From Tetramitus jugosus (Eukaryota; Protista; Heterolobosea): a DNA stretch of 64,000 nucleotides. The DNA lies in contig OW569344.1 in NCBI GenBank assembly GCA_937625935.1, forward strand, positions 62,001-126,000, given 5' to 3'. The translations under genes were made by a program, and so were the position numbers. Under the pieces are notes generated by a model. It did not search any database. It worked only from the letters and a program-made list of their open reading frames with translations, and was not told the DNA's origin. Of the stretch, positions 55,120-64,000 are shown piece after piece. Within the stretch, counting starts at the first letter, position 1; the number at the start of each line of letters is the position of its first letter.

Positions 55120-55799
55120 GCACGAGAGAGCAACGATCAAAACTAACTCTAGGATACTTCAACTTTTTTGTTCATAAATTCAACCATTATTTATTCCATG
55201 CAATACGTTGTAGATGATCTGCCTACTGATGATTGACGAGGTGGCCTTATGACAGTTCTTGGTGTGTCGCCTGAAACCATATTTCTTTCGCCTCCTTTTT
55301 AGAAATGGCTTGGTCAAAGGAACAAATGAGCGCTGTCTCCTGTCTATCAACAACAAGGATGTACTTGAAGAAACGTGTGAATGCCCAGCTAAAGCATTGT
55401 CACGTGATACTAGCATCCAAGATTCCCATATCAACAACCTCTTTCTAATGGTGGTGTTGACAGGGAATCAATCTATCGGTAACATGATCATTTATGGCCA
55501 AAATGAACCGGTGACAACAACGTACGCTCCCACTTATTTTCTCGGCAGCCCCCCTATCATACATCAAGAGTAGTCGAATTCCCTGTGTTCACACATCATG
55601 AGCCAACCATTCGATCTTCACCACACTGATAAAAAAACTCGTAACTAGGTGAAAAAACCAACAACAACAGTAACAAGACTCAAGAGAAGAGAGCAAGGCC
55701 ATAGCACTAGTTCATACTGTTAAAAAGAGCACTTTGTTCCCTAGACCTCAGAGAATTGCACACACACCAAGGATTCCATTTCGAACAAGCACAACCTCA

Positions 55800-57191
55800 A
55801 TGACTGCTCTCCAAGAAGAACAACAGGTTCAACAAACAAAAACACAAGAGCCACTCAGGGACATTACCTCCATGGTGTCCAACTCACTTGATTGTCACTC
55901 GAACCAGGCTGCCTCCTCTTCCGCCTCTTCCTCCTCTGCTTCTTCTTCTTCTTCCATCAAGAGAAACAGAGAAGAGATCCATGCATGTGGAAGCACGAGC
56001 TGTGATCCCATGTCAGGATCTACATCTGATTCGATTGATGAAGATGAATCTCCTTTTAAGAGAATGAGAATTAGTAGTCCTCCAGTTGCAAATGCTGCTA
56101 CTGCTGTTGCTGTTGCTATGACCAATTTGACACAACAACCGCTACCACCTTGTTGGACAATGGTTGGTGCAGGTCAACATGTTGTGTATGGTGACAGTCA
56201 TCGTCAGGGTGTTGCTACGACAACTACTCCTTCTCGAATAGTAAACATGATGACAGTGTTGAACAATCGTGATGGAATGATGTTCATGAAAAATCAAAGA
56301 AATTCTAGTCCAGTAAACAGCTCTAATCATAGGCCTCGTAGTCGTAACCACTATAGATGGCTCAGTTTGGAAGCATGGTCCAGTGTGATTGAATTTTGTG
56401 ACACGAGAACATGGATTCAATTGAGTTACACGTGTCGTGCATTGCATCAATTTGTCAGAGTTCCCTACGTAGTCTCCAACAAGAGATATACCGTCAAGGA
56501 ATCAATTGACAATCAATTGACACTTCACAGATACTTGCAGATGAATCGTGGAAGATTGATCAATGTTTGGTTCACTAAACCCGATTTGGTCAATGATGAA
56601 ACCTTGTCCTTTTTGAGGGGCTCCATTGTTGAACTGGATATTCAACACTGTTCACAAGTCACTGATCAGGGAATGATGTACTTGAAGGGTACGATCCAAG
56701 TGTTGAGAATGAGTGGATGCACTGGAGTTACGGATCATGGATTGGAGAATTTGGCAGGAACGATTCGTTCATTGGACATGGACAATTGTAGTGCCATTAC
56801 AGATAACGGATTGCGACACTTGAGAGGAACCATTAAGGAATTGAGCATTGCTCAGTGTAGACACATCACTGACGCTGGGCTGGGTCATCTGAGAGGAACC
56901 ATCAAGACTTTGTCACTGTACGGTTGTCGAAGCATTACCAACTCTGGTTTGGCCTCTTTGACAGGAACAATTCAGCATTTGAATATTGCAGGATGTTTGA
57001 TCTCGGATGCTGGATTGGCTCATTTGAGTCCAACGATTCAATCACTTGACATCAGTCACTGCTCACACGTTACAGATCAAGGGTTAATCCACTTGAGAGA
57101 TTGTGTTCAAACATTAACCATGTTTAATTGTACTGGAGTCACACAACAGGGAATTGAATCGCTCAGGAATGGACCATTCATTTTCAAGTAA
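55800..57191 (+). CDS. F-box/LRR (AMN1-type) protein
   Basis: F-box-like LSLEAWSSVIEFC...LSYTCR followed by about eight 23-aa LRRs (L.I..C..ITD.GL..L.GTI). Confidence 0.9.
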   Translation: MTALQEEQQVQQTKTQEPLRDITSMVSNSLDCHSNQAASSSASSSSASSSSSIKRNREEIHACGSTSCDPMSGSTSDSIDEDESPFKRMRISSPPVANAATAVAVAMTNLTQQPLPPCWTMVGAGQHVVYGDSHRQGVATTTTPSRIVNMMTVLNNRDGMMFMKNQRNSSPVNSSNHRPRSRNHYRWLSLEAWSSVIEFCDTRTWIQLSYTCRALHQFVRVPYVVSNKRYTVKESIDNQLTLHRYLQMNRGRLINVWFTKPDLVNDETLSFLRGSIVELDIQHCSQVTDQGMMYLKGTIQVLRMSGCTGVTDHGLENLAGTIRSLDMDNCSAITDNGLRHLRGTIKELSIAQCRHITDAGLGHLRGTIKTLSLYGCRSITNSGLASLTGTIQHLNIAGCLISDAGLAHLSPTIQSLDISHCSHVTDQGLIHLRDCVQTLTMFNCTGVTQQGIESLRNGPFIFK

Positions 57192-57532
57192 CACGACTCG
57201 ATTGATTTCTAGAGATTGCACACGAAACTAGCTTCGTGATGACATACATCTCTTCAACATTGAGGCCTCAACGCAAGAATATTGTCACAGTTGATTTGCC
57301 TTCATGTTGTAAACAGCAATAAATTATTTATTCACACAATAAGACTTCGGAGTTATCTCTCCTTTTCTGCAGGGAATTCCTTGGAACACGGATTGAGTTT
57401 CCCGTAGTGGTGCCCAAAAATAACCTAGACAAAATCTGTTATCACATAAAAGTGGATCGTTTTTCACAACCACTATGATAGCACAACAAACAAACACAAC
57501 AAACAACAAGAAACATCTAATCCTATTTGACT

Positions 57533-57859
57533 ATGCTCCCACCAAATCATCTGTACTCTGCTGAGATTCACAACAACACCTCCAAGGACATCTCTGTCAC
57601 TGTGACGTACGAAGATGACCAAGCTTCAGAGACAAAAACTGAGACATTGACTCCAAACAGTACCAAGCTATTTGATGTTGTCAATATCAACCGTGGTTCT
57701 TGGGAATCCGTGAGACCTATTCGTCAGATTTCTCTCCATTCCAAGGAGCATGACGTCCATGTGGATCACGTTCCTACGGTTCAGGGAGTCCACCAAAAGA
57801 AAGTGTACACCATTGAAGAGAATGAGAACAATCTTCACTTGAATGATATTTCACAATAA
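57533..57859 (+). CDS. Small beta-rich hypothetical protein, tandem paralog 1
   Basis: MLPPNxLYSAE.HNN, VTVTY.D, GSWESV.PI, VQGVHQKK shared with 58046-58375. Confidence 0.8.
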   Translation: MLPPNHLYSAEIHNNTSKDISVTVTYEDDQASETKTETLTPNSTKLFDVVNINRGSWESVRPIRQISLHSKEHDVHVDHVPTVQGVHQKKVYTIEENENNLHLNDISQ

Positions 57860-58045
57860 ATTGTCCTTGTATAATTCCTTGAACGAAGAATAGAGTTTCC
57901 GTAGCTCTTCCTAAATTAGCTCACTGTTTCAACTTCTGAAGGATCTGACATAGATCTGTGTTTCTGATCAGATACAGACAAAAACAACAACAACACCCTG
58001 ATTTAACTGGTAAAGTGATATCCAACATACAACTTCTTCTTTACC

Positions 58046-58375
58046 ATGCTTCCACCAAATCAATTGTACTCGGCTGAATTTCACAACAATGCTACCAACA
58101 TGGTCAGTGTAACTGTCACATACGACGATGGACAAGGGGAAGAAACACAAAACAAGATGGTGGATACAAATGGAACTGTTCTATTTGATCGAGTCAGAGT
58201 CAACCATGGTTCTTGGGAATCTGTGAAACCAATCAAGTCCATTTCATGTCACACTTATCCCCTCCAAGGAATCAATAATTTTTCTCCCTCTGTCCAGGGA
58301 GTGCACCAGAAAAAATTGTTCAACATTGACGAGTATGATGGGGGGCTTCACTTGAACGAGGTTTCCAAAGAATAA
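58046..58375 (+). CDS. Small beta-rich hypothetical protein, tandem paralog 2
   Basis: Full-length homology to 57533-57859. Confidence 0.8.
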   Translation: MLPPNQLYSAEFHNNATNMVSVTVTYDDGQGEETQNKMVDTNGTVLFDRVRVNHGSWESVKPIKSISCHTYPLQGINNFSPSVQGVHQKKLFNIDEYDGGLHLNEVSKE

Positions 58376-58922
58376 AATTGTAAATACCCGATCACATTCC
58401 ATATTTTTGTGCATACTCGTACCACAAGTGAGTTTTATTCAGACGACTCGTAATGTAGCTATAAATTGGAAGGAATTCGAGCAACATCTTTGATTTGAAA
58501 CATGACTGTACTTCGTCAGGATTATTTCTGAAGTCGTACTTAAACACCCTATAAAATCACGGAACGTGATCTCCCGGATGAGGATGTATAGACCGTTGGC
58601 CTGAGCGTGAATTTTGTACTGGATGCTATGCTAGCCTTGTGCTTCTTCCTCCTCGTATGTTGATGATCGCTACAAACTGGTGGCTTGGGCTGCTTGCTTG
58701 GGGGCTTCCTGGTCATACTGACGGGTTTCTTATTCAAATCAAAGAGAAGTAAAACATGTAGGAAGGATATCAATCATCAAAGTGTCCAACTCTGAGTTTT
58801 AACATTGATGAGTTAAAAAAACTGGAGTGTTTACTCTTGAAGTGCGAATGAGATTGTTCACCGAGGAATCCTTCATCGTTTGAATCTCTTCTGCGACGAA
58901 GGTTTTCTTGTTTTATTAATCT

Positions 58923-59804
58923 TCACTTCTTCCCCTCAGACAGCCTCTCCATGGTTGCCGCTTGGTTAAACTTTGGCAGTTCCACCTTCTGATTTAGTTG
59001 TGGCATTGCCTGATAGTAGTAGCAATGTCCCAACTTCATCCTGTCTTCGTCAATGTTCCATCGGTCGACAACCCTCGAACACAACACATGCTCCATTCTC
59101 CAATTTTCGCATGGCATCTTCAAGTATTCGTAGAGCTCTAGTGCTTGGCGTGCACTGATCCAACACTCTTCTCTTGCACCAGAACACTGTTGCACAAAGT
59201 GATGCATCATTTGGTGAACTCTGGTGACGAATTCAATGGGCGTGAGCGGCACAGTGTGAAATCGAAGTTGACGCAAATGACAATACAGTGCACGAAACTC
59301 TGTCTCACTCAATACCAATCGGTTCACTTGATCTTGAACCCATTGACACCTCTTTTCATTCTCTAATTGATACTTGGCTTGTTGTGCATGTGGATCATAT
59401 GCTGCATGTCCCTCATGCGTTGAAAATCGATAGCAAACACTGCACAATCGATTTGTGTCCGGGTGTCCATGGAACTGAGAACACCAACGACACATTTCAG
59501 CATGTGAGTCCAATTGGCTTGTCTTAGCACTTGAAGCATGTACGTTGTTGTTTTTTGAATGAAGCTTGAGTTGTATGGCTGGAATCATGGGAGTGGACGA
59601 TTGAAGCACCGTTTCATTCAATGGTTTTCCGTTGGGATCGTGAATGGAGTATTCACATGGCAATTCACATCGATACAATTGTCTACATGCCAATTGAAGG
59701 TTTTCTGTCGATAGGGGCAAGGGTACTCGAGTGATGCTAGAAAAATCGCAATTGATAATGGTAATGAGCGATTGCGAATGTTGGTTCTGCATGAGTTGAC
59801 TCAT
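58923..59804 (-). CDS. A20-type zinc finger protein
   Basis: CRWCSQFHGHPDTNRLCSVCYR matches the A20 ZnF pattern C..C.F.G......CS.CY. Confidence 0.75.
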   Translation of the reverse strand: MSQLMQNQHSQSLITIINCDFSSITRVPLPLSTENLQLACRQLYRCELPCEYSIHDPNGKPLNETVLQSSTPMIPAIQLKLHSKNNNVHASSAKTSQLDSHAEMCRWCSQFHGHPDTNRLCSVCYRFSTHEGHAAYDPHAQQAKYQLENEKRCQWVQDQVNRLVLSETEFRALYCHLRQLRFHTVPLTPIEFVTRVHQMMHHFVQQCSGAREECWISARQALELYEYLKMPCENWRMEHVLCSRVVDRWNIDEDRMKLGHCYYYQAMPQLNQKVELPKFNQAATMERLSEGKK

Positions 59805-60091
59805 CACTTGCTCTCAATTTATTATTGTTGGAATACAACAACAACGAACAAATTGGATTGCTGGAAGATGTGTGATGTTTCTCATGCAAAAATAAAATCT
59901 GAATAACTGATCATTTATTCTTGTAATCTCCCAGATGGGTATCGGAAGCAAGAATACAATATCGGTATTTTTAGTCGGGAGTTTTTGCGACAGTTCCCGC
60001 CAAGTTCCATGACCTGATCGAACATGGAACATTTGGAAGAGCTTGGAAAGTAGTCGTGTGAGCTCACAACAAACAACAAACAACAAACAAC

Positions 60092-61186
60092 ATGATTTCT
60101 GTTTTGGACCATAATACGGTATTGATTCCAGTGGAAGTCACTGCCCAAATCTTTGAGTACCTACCCACGGTTTCTCTGTTGTGCTGTGAAGGAGTATGTA
60201 AAGAATGGTATCGAATATTGAATTCGGATGAGGTGATAGCGTCTGAGACAGTGGAGCAGGAACAGAATGGTCATAGTTTAATGGTTTCATCTTTCTGGAA
60301 CAATGTCCTTCGACGAGAGTTTGCATTCGATGCACCATTGATGACTCCTCCAGTGTTGCCAACACCAAATCGAGATTACTATAAAGATGAGTTTGGGGAG
60401 TATATAGATTATGATGAAGTGGGTACTTCATATCCAGATGAAAGAACGAAAGAAGATATAATCAGGCGATGCGTTGTAACGACCATACGTCATCCGTTGG
60501 TGGTTTCGACCAAACACAAACACGTTCCCAATCTTCCCCCAAGACTGAGTCACAAGGAAGCCTGTGTCCACTGTGCCAAACTCCTTGTCCAATTCATGCC
60601 CTCTATCGACCGATGTTCCTCAATGGATGTGGACCGTTCGAAAACCATTCATATCCAAGGTGCTCAGCAAGTGGGAAAGACAATGTTGAGTCAGACGATT
60701 ACCGGAAGGAAGTCAATGTATGATGAAGCGACCACACTAGGTGTCAGAGTGCGTTTCCTGTATGTGTTTGTAGGAGATTTCGTTTACAAAGTAGGTGTTG
60801 TCGATCATGGAGGAAACGAGGGAGTGAGACCACTGGCTTCGTTCCCACTCTTGCATCGAAAGCTTAACTGCACTGTGTGTGTGTTTGCAGCTGATGATGA
60901 AGACAGCGTAAATCAGATTGAAACTCTGTACAAGCAATATCAGATCAAAGAGAGACCTGGACCCGATGAGAACACCTTTGTTGTTTTTGGTAATAAGATG
61001 GATTTACTAACAACAACCAAGGATAATCAGAGAACAAGTTACGAGCATAGACAAAAGATGGAGAAGACACTGCAGAATGCACGAGACATTTGCCAGAGAC
61101 TCAACTTGCCTCTGATACTAGGCTCTAAAAACGACAACCGTGCGGTTCATATGCTCCTGGCGCACCTATTCTGTGAATCAAACTAA
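60092..61186 (+). CDS. F-box protein fused to a divergent Ras/Rab-like small GTPase domain
   Basis: F-box IPVEVTAQIFEYL...VCKEW; P-loop GAQQVGKT, G2 TLGV, G3 DHGG, G4 GNKMD. Confidence 0.85.
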   Translation: MISVLDHNTVLIPVEVTAQIFEYLPTVSLLCCEGVCKEWYRILNSDEVIASETVEQEQNGHSLMVSSFWNNVLRREFAFDAPLMTPPVLPTPNRDYYKDEFGEYIDYDEVGTSYPDERTKEDIIRRCVVTTIRHPLVVSTKHKHVPNLPPRLSHKEACVHCAKLLVQFMPSIDRCSSMDVDRSKTIHIQGAQQVGKTMLSQTITGRKSMYDEATTLGVRVRFLYVFVGDFVYKVGVVDHGGNEGVRPLASFPLLHRKLNCTVCVFAADDEDSVNQIETLYKQYQIKERPGPDENTFVVFGNKMDLLTTTKDNQRTSYEHRQKMEKTLQNARDICQRLNLPLILGSKNDNRAVHMLLAHLFCESN

Positions 61187-61291
61187 ACAGGAATCGACAA
61201 ATCTGTCAAAAACATGTAATAAACAAATAATCTGTCAATCTATATTATATGTCTGTGTATCTATTTTGTTTATATACGGGTCGTTGTTATT

Positions 61292-62491
61292 TTATACCAT
61301 GTGATCCTCTGGTTTCGAATAATTGAAATTGTTTCCATAGCTCAACGAGGACAATGTTGGATAGTTGACACCATCGAGTGGCAAGTCACGCGTCGAAGGC
61401 AACAATGCCCACAGCATTGACCTTGGTCCAAATCCAAAGATTTGATTCAAATTGTTCTTGACGCCCACGTCGTACTCATTGATCGCAACCTTTCCTGTTC
61501 CTCTCTCCATCACCAGACGCAACTTGTTAAACTGGAATTCAATTGTGGTCTGATTGGTCGCAACGAGATAAATGTGCCAACCGAGGAATCCACTCATGGT
61601 CAATGTAATCGACCCACACAGCACCATATCAAACGTAATCCACACTTGCCACTCGTTCAACACGAATGCACTGTGCTCGATCCAATTCCACGACGCACCC
61701 ACCATCATCAACGACATGTACACGGTACAACACCACAAATACAACAAGAACAACAAGAAATAACGATGATTCTTATAGCCAACACAATTGTTGACCCATG
61801 GGCAGTGATGATCCATACGACACACACACGTATCACACACGTGACAATGATGAGCCCTCGCAGGCTTCATCTGACGACACTTTCCACAGTACTTTGAAAC
61901 GGATTTGCCCCGAATTGCAGAAACAGAGGCATTTCGTGCCTGTTCGACACTACTCTCCTCAAACTGATCCAACCACTCTCTAGGCACCGTACCAGGTGAA
62001 GTTCTCACTGTTTGAACATAATTGTACACCATGTTCAATCCGAGAAACAGTCCCATGAGCATGTGGAACACTGTTGCCATCATGTGCTTGCTTGTCATTT
62101 GTTGTTGTTTCGCCTGTGCATCATCCACATTGATTGTATCATCAATAGTCACAATGGATGATGATGTAAGAGAGGGAATGACCAGTGGCATCAACACTCT
62201 AAAATAAAAGAAAAAGTGAAAAAGAAAGAGTGCACTGGCGAATAGTACCATGGCATATCCGAATATTCTCATGCCATATTTGACGAACCAGAGCATGAGT
62301 GAACCAATGGGCGTCATTGAGAATTGATCCATTTGAGAGGAGTACTTGTGCATGAGAAGTGGTTGTTCATTCATGTCATCATCATCGTCGTCATCATCGT
62401 CAACATCATTGGCAACTACATGTTTGTTCTTGTTTTTTGTTGTTGTTGTTGTGGTTGTCTCATGGTGGTGGTGGTTGTGATGATCAGTCAT
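61292..62491 (-). CDS. DHHC palmitoyltransferase
   Basis: [51 protein letters not shown]; likely start MTDHH at 62491. Confidence 0.96.
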   Translation of the reverse strand: MTDHHNHHHHETTTTTTTKNKNKHVVANDVDDDDDDDDDMNEQPLLMHKYSSQMDQFSMTPIGSLMLWFVKYGMRIFGYAMVLFASALFLFHFFFYFRVLMPLVIPSLTSSSIVTIDDTINVDDAQAKQQQMTSKHMMATVFHMLMGLFLGLNMVYNYVQTVRTSPGTVPREWLDQFEESSVEQARNASVSAIRGKSVSKYCGKCRQMKPARAHHCHVCDTCVCRMDHHCPWVNNCVGYKNHRYFLLFLLYLWCCTVYMSLMMVGASWNWIEHSAFVLNEWQVWITFDMVLCGSITLTMSGFLGWHIYLVATNQTTIEFQFNKLRLVMERGTGKVAINEYDVGVKNNLNQIFGFGPRSMLWALLPSTRDLPLDGVNYPTLSSLSYGNNFNYSKPEDHMV

Positions 62492-62706
62492 GGTTGTTGT
62501 TACGAGTTCTTCTTCTTGGGTTTTTTGAGGTGAAAAAAGTTCAAGTTTTGGATTGGGCGCTCTCAAACCTGTGAGGTGAGAGCTCTTACGTCGACTATTC
62601 ACTTTATTTTGGGCATGTTCACTTGAGAAATTTCTTCTCCTAAAAGATTCTCTGTGGCTCAATGTGATTCGATTGGGTGAGTTGGAATGAATTCTGATTG
62701 AATACA

Positions 62707-64000
62707 CTAGGAGAACTTTTTGGCATAACGAGAAGCCCACTTCTTCATCTCATTCTCACTGTCCTTCAATCCTTCATAGTCCTTCTTGAGTTTGTCGAAT
62801 CCCAATAGATCCTTGTATCGAAGTCCCCTGTACAATATTTGTTCTCTATTCTTCTCTGCTTGATCAATCTGATGTTCGAGCTTCTCTGTTAATTGTAGGA
62901 GCTCTGAGGCCTTCTTGTTCTTCTCCAGGATCAATTTTTTCGATTCAGATGGTGTACTATTGCCCTGCGATAGTGTCAGAGTAATTGTGTTCAACCGTAA
63001 TTTCATTTCTTCTCTCTTTGATACTTGCTCAACAATCTCTTTAACATTGAGTAAATTGCTAATAAATCTACATTCCCGACTAAGTTCACTCTCGATTACT
63101 GGTATGTTGTATTCAGTGAGCATCAGTTCCTCATCAACTAACATATTTCGAACCACACTGGTCGACACAAAATCATTTCTATGCTTGAAAGATACTTCTA
63201 GGGCCTCCCAGTTGGAGAAGATCCAACTCAGTCCATTGAACATTCGATTCGACACTAAATGCATCTGCCCTACTACTGAGGCATCATTAACAATGTGAGA
63301 GAAGAATTCTTCTATAATTTGTCTTTGGTCTCGATAAGATCTTTCAAAATTTTGTTCGGCTTGTATCCATTGATCAATTTGTTTCTTCTTATTTGAGTAC
63401 TCCTTCTCAATCTGTTCATTTGACATAGGAGGATTGCTCGTTTTACTGTGAATCAGTGGTTTCTTCACACTCTTATTCACGGTTGGTATGGTTGTAGTTT
63501 TCTTCGTTACTTCTTGGTTATTAACCGCCTTCTTGTAATTGTTGTTGTTTCCTCTTGTTCCGTTGGTACGAGGAGCACTGTACTCGTTCTCCTTGTTATC
63601 GTTAGAAATTGAATAAGGATGGCTTAGAGAGGGTATGTCCAATACGCTTATATCGGGATAATTTGGTGTTTCAGGTTGGTAACTATGAATGGTTGGAGAA
63701 GTGGAAGCTTTGAGGTGAAACGACTCTGTCTGAGGAGAAGTGGGTTTGCTGTTCATTTGAGTCATATCCAATTTTGGTTCTTCTGAGCCCATATTGATCA
63801 ATTGATTGTTTTGGCAAAAGAAAGAAACCCACTGGCTAGTTTGCCTTTTGAATTCACTGTTCCAAAACTCTTGTTGCTCTTCCAACCTTATCTTCACTTG
63901 CTTCTCCAGCTCATGCTTCACCAACTTGTCAAACTCCTCTCGTACTCGACGTTGAATCTCAAATTCATTCTCAGATAGCAAATCATGTCGAATCTTATCG
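62707..64000 (-). CDS. Coiled-coil protein with MAP65/ASE1/CCDC87-like C-terminal region (5' end outside window)
   Basis: Frame is open to the window edge; WEALEV...R..F, KRE..., QLTEKL...[12 protein letters not shown] resembles the MAP65-type C-terminal block. Confidence 0.55.
   Translation of the reverse strand, partial: DKIRHDLLSENEFEIQRRVREEFDKLVKHELEKQVKIRLEEQQEFWNSEFKRQTSQWVSFFCQNNQLINMGSEEPKLDMTQMNSKPTSPQTESFHLKASTSPTIHSYQPETPNYPDISVLDIPSLSHPYSISNDNKENEYSAPRTNGTRGNNNNYKKAVNNQEVTKKTTTIPTVNKSVKKPLIHSKTSNPPMSNEQIEKEYSNKKKQIDQWIQAEQNFERSYRDQRQIIEEFFSHIVNDASVVGQMHLVSNRMFNGLSWIFSNWEALEVSFKHRNDFVSTSVVRNMLVDEELMLTEYNIPVIESELSRECRFISNLLNVKEIVEQVSKREEMKLRLNTITLTLSQGNSTPSESKKLILEKNKKASELLQLTEKLEHQIDQAEKNREQILYRGLRYKDLLGFDKLKKDYEGLKDSENEMKKWASRYAKKFS

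Noticed and set aside
56590-57170. CRISPR-like or tandem DNA array
   Set aside because: The ~69-bp periodicity is explained by protein LRRs; there are no identical repeats with unique spacers.
62492-62740. Overlap between the DHHC ORF and the upstream coiled-coil gene
   Set aside because: The N-terminal 83 codons look like promoter/leader sequence; the likely start is ATG 62491.

Overview
Gene-dense, intron-poor eukaryotic DNA with the standard genetic code, short intergenic regions, CAA-rich leaders and many N/Q/T homopolymer tracts. The style resembles a free-living protist such as a Naegleria-like heterolobosean, but that is inference only. About 35 host genes are present: BI-1, a C2-calpain with two short introns, taspase, a nucleotidyltransferase/RNA-ligase-like fusion, ELO elongase, an ABC transporter, a FYR/DDT chromatin protein, PrimPol, a nucleoredoxin-like protein, NmrA-like, PB1-UBA, EamA, OYE, DOHH, ubinuclein/HPC2, CENP-C, DnaJ, F-box/LRR, F-box-GTPase and DHHC. 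They are interrupted by a ~10 kb accessory island (~26.5-36.4 kb). The island's most notable feature is a 5'-damaged tRNA-Gln(TTG) gene with stacked non-LTR retrotransposon copies directly upstream, head-to-head. One copy is an ORF1-only, poly(A)-tailed element with a perfect 14-bp target-site duplication that starts ~43 bp upstream of the nominal tRNA +1, echoing Dictyostelium TRE5-A. The island also holds a hairpin-rich ~290 nt segment, decayed MULE transposase pieces (one with SWIM plus chromo-like domains) and a TIR-bounded PIF/Harbinger-type element carrying a divergent second ORF with an HSP20-like C-terminus. All family calls come from motif recognition by eye, not database searches.
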